The notes: generated by a model not told the origin, from the sequence alone. DNA of 64,000 nt from a virus (IMGVR_UViG_3300022843_000001:64001-128000); one strand, 5' to 3'; shown: positions 35,393-45,151, counted from the stretch's first letter. Made by a program: numbers and translations.

Positions 35393-35584
35393 TCAATCAT
35401 CATCGACAATCTCATAATCAGACTTATCAATTTCTGATATTTCGACATCTCGCCATTCGTAATGAGTTGAGTTGGATATTCCGTGAGCACTGAACACTTG
35501 CTGTAACTTAAGTCCCACTGGACCGTCATAATTAGATATAATCTTAGCAGGATCGCAGCCAGTGCATTTTTTAAGTCGAATCAT
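35393..35584 (-). CDS. Small hypothetical protein
   Basis: 63-aa ORF with CTGC; abuts the upstream gene. Confidence 0.5.
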   Translation of the reverse strand: MIRLKKCTGCDPAKIISNYDGPVGLKLQQVFSAHGISNSTHYEWRDVEISEIDKSDYEIVDDD

Positions 35585-35586
35585 TA

Positions 35587-36003
35587 TTAATGCCCCTTAG
35601 ATTTTAGGAAATCTACCATTGCCATCATGTCGATCTTCCAAGCTTTTGGGCTTTCTTGGTACGGTGTTACTCTAAAGTAATCGGATAGAATGTTGGTTTT
35701 ATGTATACCCATCTCATGTAGACCTAGTATTATATCTCCTAAGCGAAATGCGTCTAACGCCGCTAACTTATTATAGTTTTTACCAAAATCGTGAGGATCT
35801 AGAACCTCACGAAAATTTGATCTTAGCGTTCCAGCCATTACAGCTCCAGCAAAACACGCGTAACAGATTTGGTCAACATCACAATAATCGTGCCATCGGG
35901 TCATATTGACTATATAATTAGGGTTTTTTTCTATCAACTCTAAATCGTTCAAGGCCAAAAGTATGAGTTCTGACGGTACGTCTGGTAGCTTTAATTTTTT
36001 CAT
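35587..36003 (-). CDS. Hypothetical protein
   Basis: 138-aa ORF containing CYACFAGAVM. Confidence 0.6.
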   Translation of the reverse strand: MKKLKLPDVPSELILLALNDLELIEKNPNYIVNMTRWHDYCDVDQICYACFAGAVMAGTLRSNFREVLDPHDFGKNYNKLAALDAFRLGDIILGLHEMGIHKTNILSDYFRVTPYQESPKAWKIDMMAMVDFLKSKGH

Positions 36004-36120
36004 AATATATATACTTTTTGTTTAAAATTAGTAAGGCTGGTTACGTTATCCAGCAATGCAGCGCGATCAGTTCGGCATTCGCAGTTTTTTAGATCATCTC
36101 ATTGTTATTTTGTGTTGCTG

Positions 36121-36369
36121 TTACCCCGTAGTAATAGATTCATACAACTCAACAATATCTTCCTGTTCTTGTTGAATCTCGGTAAAATTTTGCTTGTGGT
36201 AGATTGCAGCAATCTTTTTTACGTTTTTCTTGTCAAGATCAAGTTCGTCAGCAATTCTTGCCACCGCTTCTTTCTGGAAATCCCTTTCGGCGTCATTACG
36301 AGTCATACTGTTTGATATTTCAGTAATGGCATCTTTTAACTTTTTTACATCTGCAGGATTGCTTAACAT
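36121..36369 (-). CDS. dsbA: DsbA-like double-stranded DNA-binding protein
   Basis: ELDLDKK..KKIAAIYHKQN...EDIVELYESI resembles the T4 DsbA C-terminus. Confidence 0.75.
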   Translation of the reverse strand: MLSNPADVKKLKDAITEISNSMTRNDAERDFQKEAVARIADELDLDKKNVKKIAAIYHKQNFTEIQQEQEDIVELYESITTG

Positions 36370-36641
36370 TATTTAGTACCTTCAGTTAGAAATTGTGGCT
36401 TGTTGTCTGATGCAGATTCTTCTACTTCTTTAGCTTGAGGAGCAACCGACTTGATGAAGGTCACTACTCGGGTTCTTAGAGCGCCGACAGTTTCCATTTC
36501 GGCGCCTTCAAATGCTCCTCGTTTTGAACAGTTGTCAATAATGCCAATCATTCCTACAAGATCATTTAACTGCAGTTGTTCAGCAGCACCTTCGGTTTCA
36601 ACAGTAGGTGTTACTTTGGTTGATGTATCAGATTCGTTCAT
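36369..36641 (-). CDS. Conserved hypothetical protein
   Basis: LNDL...IID.CSKRGAFEG.EM..VG pattern. Confidence 0.6.
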   Translation of the reverse strand: MNESDTSTKVTPTVETEGAAEQLQLNDLVGMIGIIDNCSKRGAFEGAEMETVGALRTRVVTFIKSVAPQAKEVEESASDNKPQFLTEGTK

Positions 36642-36688
36642 ATTATTTGTCTCAAATTTTACGTTGCATTATATTTTAATGTGTAACC

Positions 36689-36717
36689 ATTATACACCAT
36701 TTTAATGTGTTTGTCAA
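36689..36717 (-). promoter_or_regulatory. Sigma70-type promoter
   Basis: TTGACA-17-TATAAT. Confidence 0.85.
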
Positions 36718-36728
36718 TACCTAATTTA

Positions 36729-36773
36729 TATAAATAATAAAAACAAACCGGTTGGCGTTTTCAGCACCAACCG
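36729..36773 (+). promoter_or_regulatory. Plus-strand late promoter and leader hairpin
   Basis: TATAAATA at 36729-36736; CGGTTGG/CCAACCG stem. Confidence 0.6.
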
Positions 36774-36803
36774 ATTCTAACATCACAATACGGACATATT
36801 GCA

Positions 36804-36974
36804 ATGCCTACAATCTATTTATATCTAAAAACCCATAACATCACTGGGTTAAAATACCTCGGCAAAACTACCCAAGAACCGCACAAATATTGGGGTTCTG
36901 GAATAGATTGGCTGTTACATATCAAGAAATATGGTTATAATGTAACACGGTCTGGTTGGTCTATCCAAAGCTAG
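36804..36974 (+). pseudogene. Truncated Seg-like GIY-YIG homing endonuclease (56 aa)
   Basis: MPTIYLYLKTHNITGLKYLGKTTQEPHKYWGSGIDWLLHIKKYGYNVT then a stop inside the gp45 3' end. Confidence 0.8.
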
Positions 36975-37650
36975 AAGACTTCTCCAAAGCAACCCAATAC
37001 TCGATGGCGCCAGAATCATTTACAAAATGTGAGATTAACTTTGAGGATATTGATACCTCGTAATTACCTGACATAAACTTATAGTTTCCAATATTGAACA
37101 CGAAAGAAAACGGTACATCAGGACGAGTACTCGTATCAGCCGTGATATCAATAGAATAGGAATTTGCTGTATTGTTTTTAACTTCACCTATAACTGCGGT
37201 GATAGGTGAATTTTTGTCACCATCGCCTGATATGGTCATATCAGTAGAGCCAAGTGTTGCCGCGGCTTTCCTAAGTGCATTAATGTCAGAATCAGACATG
37301 GTAAACTTAAGATCGATGTTTGGCATATTTACATCTTTTTCGGGCTTTGTAAGAAACGAGGCATCTGAAAAGAAATATTTAACCGATTGACGACCACTTG
37401 ATATTCTGGCAAACATTGCGTCTGAACTCAAAGCAATTTCTGGTTCTTCAAACATGCCATGCACACCAAGGAATTCGTTCAGATCATATATACCGAATGA
37501 TGTATCGAATTCTTCTTGGATAGTGGCTTTTGCGAGGATATTCTTACCTTCAGATATAGTTCGGATTACTGAACCTACATCGAGCACGATATTAGAATTG
37601 ATGGATGCCAAATTTTTTAAAATACTGACTGTGTTTGCACTAAGTTTCAT
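36961..37650 (-). CDS. gp45: Sliding clamp
   Basis: MKLS..TVSILKNLASIN, FGIYDLNEFL, YWVALE. Confidence 0.95.
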   Translation of the reverse strand: MKLSANTVSILKNLASINSNIVLDVGSVIRTISEGKNILAKATIQEEFDTSFGIYDLNEFLGVHGMFEEPEIALSSDAMFARISSGRQSVKYFFSDASFLTKPEKDVNMPNIDLKFTMSDSDINALRKAAATLGSTDMTISGDGDKNSPITAVIGEVKNNTANSYSIDITADTSTRPDVPFSFVFNIGNYKFMSGNYEVSISSKLISHFVNDSGAIEYWVALEKSSSFG

Positions 37651-37692
37651 AATTAATCTTTCTCACTTGTTGTAATTGTAAATAGTATGACT

Positions 37693-37721
37693 ATTATATC
37701 ATACTAAATTGGGTTTGTCAA
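37693..37721 (-). promoter_or_regulatory. Sigma70-type promoter for gp45
   Basis: TTGACA-17-TATAAT; the -10 box sits between arms TAGTATGA/TCATACTA. Confidence 0.87.
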
Positions 37722-37739
37722 CCTTTTAGTACACAATAA

Positions 37740-38735
37740 TTAAAGAATTTCTTGTTGGAAAAACCAAGCTCGCGCCTTAGCACTGGTACCTTTGCTTATA
37801 TCCCTCATCTCTAAGGAGTTATCCTTAATCACGTCTGATTCTTCTTTTGCGATATCATTATTCACCCATTGAATAAAGGCGCTTAAGTATTGTCGATCAA
37901 AATCTAATAAGTTATCTGTCTGGGCAAGTTTATGGTGCGGCACATTAGGTAAAATCTCTGCTGCAGCCTGATTTAATCGATTTTCAGTTACCGCGTATTC
38001 GATAAATTCCATAATAGAGTTTAACTTTTCTACATCAACAGGGGCCAAAGTTTTTACTTTAGATATGCTGTGTTTTTCACCTTTAATTTTAAAAGATAAA
38101 AGTTCACCGCTATCTGAAATATGTTCCCATACAACACCCTCGCCTATACCTAAATTACCAAAGAACTTGCCTACTGGGCACTCAGCTTCGATTTTTTCTG
38201 TAATATCAATCAGCTGATTTTGCACTTTCTCTGGATTAGCAAAATCGATTTCAATTGATTGCGACCAGATTGTCAGACAATCAGTAATACAGTCAAGGCT
38301 CGACTTAAACTCTGGACGATTGTCGATCCATTTGCTATCGTCTCCATTCACCAATTTTACACCAAACGTGTAAAAGAACTTTGGTAAACCAGAAACGGCA
38401 ACATTTGGGGATATTTGCTGGCCAGCAAACTCGCCGTATATGACAACCGTATCATTGCTGCCTACAAGATTTGAACTGATAAGATCTTGTTTATATCTTA
38501 AAAACTCGTATTCATAAAGACTGGCCCAGGCGGCAAATCCTTGATTATCATCACCAATCCTAATTTCCTTGTTTCTCGATTGCAGAATTATATCATCATT
38601 GGGTGCAATGACCACGGAAGCATTGGTGCCATGAAGTTTAACAGTGCCTTTAAACGTAAGCAATGGCATTGCACCGTGTCTGGTAACTTCTCTTATAGTA
38701 TTTCTATATTGGGATACAGATGGATATTTAATCAT
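37740..38735 (-). CDS. RNA ligase (Rnl2-like family)
   Basis: TVKLHGTN (motif I), YGEFAG, GEGVVW, FKIKGEKHS. Confidence 0.85.
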   Translation of the reverse strand: MIKYPSVSQYRNTIREVTRHGAMPLLTFKGTVKLHGTNASVVIAPNDDIILQSRNKEIRIGDDNQGFAAWASLYEYEFLRYKQDLISSNLVGSNDTVVIYGEFAGQQISPNVAVSGLPKFFYTFGVKLVNGDDSKWIDNRPEFKSSLDCITDCLTIWSQSIEIDFANPEKVQNQLIDITEKIEAECPVGKFFGNLGIGEGVVWEHISDSGELLSFKIKGEKHSISKVKTLAPVDVEKLNSIMEFIEYAVTENRLNQAAAEILPNVPHHKLAQTDNLLDFDRQYLSAFIQWVNNDIAKEESDVIKDNSLEMRDISKGTSAKARAWFFQQEIL

Positions 38736-39393
38736 GTAATAAATCTCTAATGTTGGATTTTAAGTCTTGAATGTCACCATGATTGCTAATAGTGCATTTC
38801 GGGCTACAACCTATCCAAGCCCATTCACTTTCATGGACATGTTCAAGCATTTTTGGTTTTTCCTCTGGGTATTTAATTTGGTCGATTTCAGTGTTCCAAA
38901 TCTTTGCAGAAGTGAACCACACAGGTCGCACTCCACGCTCTATCATCCACAAATCACCATTAGTTTTTAACCAAGCAATTTCGTTAGGGAATCTAACGTC
39001 TGTGACGACTACATTACCCAACTTTGCAATTTTGCTCTCCAAAATATTCAACCAAATATCTGAATGAAAGTTGTTGCGAAGAACCTCAGTACCTAAAGTC
39101 TGCAGAGCAGTTCTTGGGGACCAAGGTTTACCCAACTTTTGTGACCAAAAGACGTCTGGGGTATCTCTTTGACTTCTTGATTCATCGGTAAGACCTTCCA
39201 ACATCTCACGGTCCCAATCAAACAAGATAGCAACTACATCCTTTAACGATTCAGCAAAGCTTAGACGAGTATAACCATAATCTGAAACCAGAATGTCTCC
39301 AGCCGTGTCTTTGCCTGAACCGATAGAGCCACATAAACCTATAAGATCAGGTAGATTGGATTTATTTTTTTCGGTTAATTTACAAGTTTTCAT
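38728..39393 (-). CDS. gp1: Deoxynucleoside monophosphate kinase
   Basis: GSIGSGKDT, SFAESLKD, PRTALQTLGTEV, VVTDVRFPNE. Confidence 0.92.
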   Translation of the reverse strand: MKTCKLTEKNKSNLPDLIGLCGSIGSGKDTAGDILVSDYGYTRLSFAESLKDVVAILFDWDREMLEGLTDESRSQRDTPDVFWSQKLGKPWSPRTALQTLGTEVLRNNFHSDIWLNILESKIAKLGNVVVTDVRFPNEIAWLKTNGDLWMIERGVRPVWFTSAKIWNTEIDQIKYPEEKPKMLEHVHESEWAWIGCSPKCTISNHGDIQDLKSNIRDLLHD

Positions 39394-39410
39394 AATTTTT
39401 CCTAGAGCCG

Positions 39411-40679
39411 TTATAGATATGGTGCGTCATCACTATTAGATTCAGCATCAATATCAATATCAATATCAGCATCGACCTTAGTGTAAAGATCAAGAAACGC
39501 TTCTTTAGTTTCTTCATCAAAGCGATTAACACATAACTGAATGGATTTCATTTTATCCTTAAAGATTGAATGTGTTTGGACAATATGACACAAACGTCTA
39601 GTCGAAATAATCTCATCAATTGCATCCATTGCAAATGTATCACGAATTGTTTTTGACCAGTTCGTAAGATTATCTGCAAATTTATCATCAACTTCACCTG
39701 AGTAAAGTTGCATATGTTTTAGGACGATTCGTTTTTCAACAGATGGCGATGGATATGGTTGTTCCAACGTAATAGCGAAGCGTTCAAGAAATGCCTCGTC
39801 TATAATTGTCGCCGCGGCAAAACGGCCATCGTCTGAACCTTTGCCTTTAGTATTAGCAGTAGCAACAACATTGAATCCTTCGGCAGGACGAATGATCTCA
39901 CCTGTCTTTTTAAGTAAAACAGGTTTGCCTTCTAAAATCGCCTGAAGACACATAATCTTGTTAGTACCACGGTCAATTTCGTCAAGCAACAAAATATCGC
40001 CGTTTTCCATTGCCTGAATAACAGGGCCTTTCTGGAAAACAGTATCACCATTAATCAAACGAAAACCACCTAGCAAATCATCTTCATCTGTTTCTGGTGA
40101 GATTTGAACTCGAACACAAGAACGTTTCAGCTTTGCACAAGCCTGTTCTATCATAAGAGTTTTACCGTTTCCAGAAAGACCAGAAGTAAACATAGGGTAG
40201 AACATTTTTGATTTTATAATTTTAACCACATCCCGAAAATGTCCCCATTCGACATAGGTGTCTAAAACTTCAGGTATGAATGTTTCCATTAAAGTCGAAG
40301 TGGGCGCAGGTCCCTTGTCTTCCTTGGTAAAAGAGATCACATTTTCAACAACAGGAATGGCGTCGGTATTTTTAACAGAAAACAGACTTGCAATCTCTGA
40401 AAGATCGTAAAGACCATTTTCAAGTTTAGGTTGGGCAACGGCGATTTGTCGCCCGAAGTTATGTGAGTAACCTAGGTCACGTGCCGCGTCGGCAACGTCA
40501 TCAGCTCGAAATTCTGTCTTTGAGGGATATTGATTAAAGATAGATCTTGCAACCTCGACGATCTTAGCAACCGTAGTGTCTGTGACCTTCATCGAAGGTT
40601 TATCCATAACAGACATACGGCGTTTAAATATTTTAGCAACAGCAACGGTAGTGCCAACAACGGTAGTAGCATCTTTCAT
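39411..40679 (-). CDS. CobS/MoxR-like AAA+ ATPase
   Basis: GLSGNGKT, ETDEDDLLGG, LLLDEID, ATANTKG, AFLERF, ISTRRL. Confidence 0.9.
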   Translation of the reverse strand: MKDATTVVGTTVAVAKIFKRRMSVMDKPSMKVTDTTVAKIVEVARSIFNQYPSKTEFRADDVADAARDLGYSHNFGRQIAVAQPKLENGLYDLSEIASLFSVKNTDAIPVVENVISFTKEDKGPAPTSTLMETFIPEVLDTYVEWGHFRDVVKIIKSKMFYPMFTSGLSGNGKTLMIEQACAKLKRSCVRVQISPETDEDDLLGGFRLINGDTVFQKGPVIQAMENGDILLLDEIDRGTNKIMCLQAILEGKPVLLKKTGEIIRPAEGFNVVATANTKGKGSDDGRFAAATIIDEAFLERFAITLEQPYPSPSVEKRIVLKHMQLYSGEVDDKFADNLTNWSKTIRDTFAMDAIDEIISTRRLCHIVQTHSIFKDKMKSIQLCVNRFDEETKEAFLDLYTKVDADIDIDIDAESNSDDAPYL

Positions 40680-40700
40680 AATATAAGTCTCTTATTTCTC

Positions 40701-40790
40701 AATTTCTATACATGTATTATACCATAGTCGCGGCACAATGTCAATAACTAATTTCAGTTTAGTTAGAATTAGTTGTTATATTAATATAAC
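40701..40790 (-). promoter_or_regulatory. Early promoter cassette (promoter 40716-40744, palindrome 40775-40790), duplicate of 797-877
   Basis: 81-bp perfect identity. Confidence 0.92.
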
Positions 40791-40804
40791 TTTTAATTAT
40801 AACG

Positions 40805-43039
40805 TTATGCAATCATTTCGATAAACTTGGTAGCAAACAATCGGGTAGATTTTTTACCAACGCTGTGTTTCTTAAATGCGCTACGTATCTGAGTCGCGGT
40901 GGCATTTTCCTGAACTTCAAATTCTTTCTTTTCAGCATTAAGATCTTTGGTATTCATAAAAAACAGACGGTTATAGCCTAGAACGTTATCGACAGGAACA
41001 AAATGATTTTTTCTAAATTCCTTGTTCATAGAGTATATATCAAAGGGCTTTTTATATCCACAAAACGCTGCATAATTCATTTTTTTTTCCATTTGTCTTT
41101 TATTTGTCGCTACAAAGTAACCAATAACATTAAATTCAGTCTGAAGATATTCAAACATATCTTTTTGCAGATTTTTATATCGATCTTCTCGAGTATTATA
41201 TGTGTATATTTTACCATCAATTTCTACTTTATAATGTTGTGGCAACCGGCCGAACTGCCGGTTGAAGTACGCTGGGTCTACTCGATGAGCATTCATACTA
41301 GGGTCTAGGTGATGATTTACATCACCGCCGTCCCCGTCAGTCAAAAATATCGCGGTTACCTTTTGCACATTATTTAATCTCTTAAAATCCCGAATTATAT
41401 GTCTAGCCATCATGATGGTTTCGACCAGAGGTGTGCCACCTAATCGATAATCTTGTATAGGATAGTTCCTGCGAATTAAATCACCATAAGGTCCTTCAAT
41501 AGCTAATTCCAAAAGAAAATGATAACTTGAAGTGTATTCATCTTTATTCATCCGTGATGATAGTATATGTCTAATAATACTATCGCTAACGTCAATATCT
41601 TGATCTTGAAGTGTATGAGTGATCCCTATCACTTTCTCCCTATGTTTTGATTCATTAGAAGAAGAACACGTAAAAGTATAAATATCAAAGGGTATATAAG
41701 CTCGTTTACAAAATGCGGCCAGTATCAAACTCTGCTTAATAACATCTCCTAAATCACCGTTCATAGAGCCAGAAGCGTCGATAAACATAACCATTCCATG
41801 GCTCTTAGCATCCGCCAAATTAGTAACAGATTTGAAAACATCGTCGTCATATTTGTAAGAAAACATGCGGTTAACGTCAAGCACACCTTTAGAAGAAGTC
41901 GTGGCCCGTTGATATTGAAAAGCATGTTTTTTTAAGTCAAATTCCTTAATCATCAACGATACAGAAGATTTAGACGTTTCCATAAAATCATCATATTTTT
42001 TTTTGTTGTGTGTAGACATCTCCTTAAAAGTAATCTTTTTTTCGATTAAAGCGGTTTCTTGATAGTTCTTTCGATTATCAAGAACTTCTTTATAACCAAC
42101 AACACAAGTTTTAGTAGTCTTTTTCGAAACAGCTTTAATATAATGAATGAACTCGCCACCGTTTTGAGTTAGATCGCCATTCTTTTCGTGTTCACGAAAC
42201 GCCGAATCTGTAAAAGGTTCGGGTGGAGTTTCAAAATCATCTTTCTTTGACATATCCACATCATGCGAACCTTTTTTGCCCATTGATCCGGCAGAATCCT
42301 CATCGGCTTGATCACTTGGCTCATCACCACCAGAATCTTCCTCGGCTTCCTCGGCTTGATCACTTGGCTCATCACTGACAGAATCCTCAGCGACTTCATC
42401 ACTGGCAGAATCCTCAGCGACTTCATCACTTGGCTCTTCATCTTCAAGATTGTCGATCAAATCTTTCATTTCCTTTTCCTTTTCCTTTTGTCTTTCTTTT
42501 AGCTCGTCGGCATAACCACCAAGCATTCTACAAACTCTAAGAGTGTCTTCCCAAGTTTCAACCGCCATTGCAGCTTTAAGCAAAGGTTGTTCTTCATCTG
42601 TAAAGTTGATATCTAACAAATTACGAACCTTGGCTTTAATGTTTAGTCGATCTATAAAATGTAGAGAGTTAACATCTTTGTCGTCAATACCGAAGAAGTT
42701 TCTATTTAACAAATCCATATAACCGCGTTTGAAACAAAGAACAAGTCCTGGATAGGTTCTAATCACCAACTTTTCAATTCTAATGTCTTCAATTATATTA
42801 ATAAACGATCTTGGTATGCCAGGGACTTCTTCTTTAGCATCATGCCAACCTTGTGTTGGAGTGTAAAGAGCATGGCCAACTTCGTGGCCAATCATCAGGT
42901 CATTAAGATGTTTAGATTCAGAGGTCCACAAAGGAAGACCAAGAGTACGAGTTTTAGGAACAAAGAAGGCTGTTTTGTAGTTTCCAACTTGAACCGTAAT
43001 ATCTTCTTTGGCTAGTAGATTAACAATGAGTTTATTCAT
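40805..43039 (-). CDS. HExxH peptidase-like plus vWA (CobT-like) partner of the AAA+ ATPase
   Basis: HEVGHAL, NIIEDIRIEK, acidic repeat linker, MIDAS DASGSM, GGTPL, FLTDG. Confidence 0.85.
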   Translation of the reverse strand: MNKLIVNLLAKEDITVQVGNYKTAFFVPKTRTLGLPLWTSESKHLNDLMIGHEVGHALYTPTQGWHDAKEEVPGIPRSFINIIEDIRIEKLVIRTYPGLVLCFKRGYMDLLNRNFFGIDDKDVNSLHFIDRLNIKAKVRNLLDINFTDEEQPLLKAAMAVETWEDTLRVCRMLGGYADELKERQKEKEKEMKDLIDNLEDEEPSDEVAEDSASDEVAEDSVSDEPSDQAEEAEEDSGGDEPSDQADEDSAGSMGKKGSHDVDMSKKDDFETPPEPFTDSAFREHEKNGDLTQNGGEFIHYIKAVSKKTTKTCVVGYKEVLDNRKNYQETALIEKKITFKEMSTHNKKKYDDFMETSKSSVSLMIKEFDLKKHAFQYQRATTSSKGVLDVNRMFSYKYDDDVFKSVTNLADAKSHGMVMFIDASGSMNGDLGDVIKQSLILAAFCKRAYIPFDIYTFTCSSSNESKHREKVIGITHTLQDQDIDVSDSIIRHILSSRMNKDEYTSSYHFLLELAIEGPYGDLIRRNYPIQDYRLGGTPLVETIMMARHIIRDFKRLNNVQKVTAIFLTDGDGGDVNHHLDPSMNAHRVDPAYFNRQFGRLPQHYKVEIDGKIYTYNTREDRYKNLQKDMFEYLQTEFNVIGYFVATNKRQMEKKMNYAAFCGYKKPFDIYSMNKEFRKNHFVPVDNVLGYNRLFFMNTKDLNAEKKEFEVQENATATQIRSAFKKHSVGKKSTRLFATKFIEMIA
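42292..42431. repeat. 27-bp and 48-bp imperfect direct repeats encoding the acidic linker
   Basis: SDEVAEDS x2 and EPSDQA x2 with repeated DNA. Confidence 0.75.
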
Positions 43040-43068
43040 TTCTTCAATTCCTTAATTTCTATACATGT

Positions 43069-43097
43069 ATTATACCATAACCCAAGTACAATGTCAA
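43069..43097 (-). promoter_or_regulatory. Sigma70-type early promoter, palindrome at 43118-43133
   Basis: TTGACA-17-TATAAT; same ACATGTATAGAAATTAAGG leader as at 793-811. Confidence 0.88.
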
Positions 43098-43188
43098 TAA
43101 CAATTTGCAAACTTGTAGTTATAACGATATAACTAAATGTTATATCGGTAAGATTATTTGGTGTAGGTGTTTTCCAATTCATACGACC

Positions 43189-43217
43189 ATTATATAGGGA
43201 TTTCAGTATAATGTCAA
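43189..43217 (-). promoter_or_regulatory. Second tandem sigma70 promoter, palindrome at 43248-43263
   Basis: TTGACA-17-TATAAT, 120 bp upstream of the previous promoter. Confidence 0.85.
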
Positions 43218-43348
43218 CAACTATTTTTGATTTAGACAGAACTTGGAGTTATAACGTTATAACATTTAGTTATATAAGATACGCTGAGTACGCTGCATGC
43301 TTTTAGAGTTGCTTGGTGATTACCGTGAAGGATTCAAGCCAGATATGT

Positions 43349-43391
43349 AAAAAATGTTCTAGTACCGACACATTACGAAGGTACTAGAACG
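43349..43391 (-). terminator. Intrinsic terminator after gp46
   Basis: GTTCTAGTACC/GGTACTAGAAC stem plus a U-tract. Confidence 0.82.
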
Positions 43392-43397
43392 TTTCTA

Positions 43398-45113
43398 TTA
43401 TTTTATGACACTAAAGTTACGAGACTTGACGAATTCTATCTTAGATCGAAACTTATCCGCGAGCATATCGCCTTTGTGAGATATGATAAAGGTGTTGCTT
43501 TCGGTGCCCAGAGTGTCCATTATCTTCATAAGGTTATCAACTGAGTCCTGATCAAGACTAGAGTCAAATGTTTCATCCAATATCAACAAGTTGGTGCTAG
43601 CGCTGTTCTTTAACTTCGCGATCTGTCGCCACGCAAATAACAAGGAAATATCAATCTTCATCTTCTCCCCTTCACTGAATGAGGAATAGCTGAAAGCATC
43701 TCTATATCTTGATCTGATGGTCTCGTTAAAGTTTTCATCGATGTTGAAGTCCACAAAGAAGTCAAGAATCTGTAAATACTTATTTACAATAATATTCATG
43801 ACAGGAAGATACTCTTTTATGATTTTTGTCTTTATGCCTGTGTCCTTCAACATCTCATTACAAGCATTAAAATACGTTTGCTCTTCATTAAGTTTAGATT
43901 TAGTTTCAACCATAATGTCTCTTTGATTTATAAGATCATTTAGATTTTCGGTTGCTACACCAATATCTCCATCCTGATTACTTAATTTAATGAGACCAGC
44001 ATTCTTATTATTGATAATACTATTCAGTCTTTTGATAACAGACATGTTATTTCGAATGGTCCCTTTATGATCATTCATTTTGTCCATCTCTTGCTGTAGT
44101 TCAGTCATGGCCAATTTGTTTGAATTTGAAGTATCTTCAAGAGTTGCCATTGCCTGTTGCAACTCTGTTGCTTTTGATTCACACGATCTGATATTATGAT
44201 TCTTGGTATTTTCCTCAATTTGAATACCACACGAAGGACAATGATCATTGTCCGTGTAGAACTTAGCATCCTTTACTATATCATTCATTTTTTGTTTGAA
44301 TTGTGCGGCGTATTCAACCAACTTAAGATTTTGATCGTTAGATTTATTCAATTCTTTTAATACCACATCAAACCTTGTATCGATCTCTGACTGTAAGTCG
44401 CTGTTGTGTTGATCATACTTAGTTATGTCTGCTGCAAGGCTTTCAACTTCTGTCTGTATACCAACCAAAGTGTTCTGATTAAGTACTGCTACTTTGTCTA
44501 TATGACCTTTCTGCATATCTATCTTGTCTTTAAGAAGATCGTTCTGATAGACAACTTCTTTTAGATGATCTTTATTCTTATTAAGTCGATCTTTCATGAT
44601 ACTATTCATTTTAGAAAATATGTTTATATCTAAAAGATCTTCTATTACTTCGCGCCGATGACCAGCAGGCAGCTGCATAAACGGAATAAAAGAACTAGAA
44701 CCTAAAACTACAATCTGATGAAACGATTTGTGGTTCATCTTAATTATGTTGAGTTCAAGAAACTTCTGATAATCCCTTGCTTTTGCATCTTGGTTGATTA
44801 ATGTATCATTCTGATATATTTCAAAACGAGCAGGCTTGATGCCTCGTATAATAAGAAAAGATTGCTTTCCTATATTAAATTCAACTTCCGCTACACAATT
44901 CTTTCCGTTAATAGAGTTTATCAGTTGTGGCTTTGTGATGTTTCTATGAGGTTTGCCAAATAGTGCAAATGACAAAGCATCTGTCATAGTAGACTTTCCA
45001 GAACCATTCTTGCCTACAACTAGTGTAGTTTGAGATCGATCAAGAGCAATCTCAGTAAAAGCATCGCCCGTACTGAGAAAGTTTTTATATCGAAGTTTAG
45101 TAAAGTGTATAAT
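43398..45113 (-). CDS. gp46: Recombination endonuclease ATPase subunit (Rad50-like); start extended to a probable AUU
   Basis: The in-frame extension IIHFTKLRYKNFLSTG...GKNGSGKST contains Walker A upstream of the first ATG; also SFSEGEK and LDETFDS. Confidence 0.93.
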   Translation of the reverse strand: MIHFTKLRYKNFLSTGDAFTEIALDRSQTTLVVGKNGSGKSTMTDALSFALFGKPHRNITKPQLINSINGKNCVAEVEFNIGKQSFLIIRGIKPARFEIYQNDTLINQDAKARDYQKFLELNIIKMNHKSFHQIVVLGSSSFIPFMQLPAGHRREVIEDLLDINIFSKMNSIMKDRLNKNKDHLKEVVYQNDLLKDKIDMQKGHIDKVAVLNQNTLVGIQTEVESLAADITKYDQHNSDLQSEIDTRFDVVLKELNKSNDQNLKLVEYAAQFKQKMNDIVKDAKFYTDNDHCPSCGIQIEENTKNHNIRSCESKATELQQAMATLEDTSNSNKLAMTELQQEMDKMNDHKGTIRNNMSVIKRLNSIINNKNAGLIKLSNQDGDIGVATENLNDLINQRDIMVETKSKLNEEQTYFNACNEMLKDTGIKTKIIKEYLPVMNIIVNKYLQILDFFVDFNIDENFNETIRSRYRDAFSYSSFSEGEKMKIDISLLFAWRQIAKLKNSASTNLLILDETFDSSLDQDSVDNLMKIMDTLGTESNTFIISHKGDMLADKFRSKIEFVKSRNFSVIK

Positions 45114-45151
45114 AGGTAGTACCCCAATTCATTATGTAATTTTGCATTAAG

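Noticed and set aside
36003-36121. tRNA or small ORF in the gap
   Set aside because: No cloverleaf or T-loop; only broken coding-like fragments. No tRNA was recognised anywhere in the window.
43288-43350. Plus-strand 17-codon ORF MLLELLGDYREGFKPDM
   Set aside because: No RBS or promoter, and too short to support.
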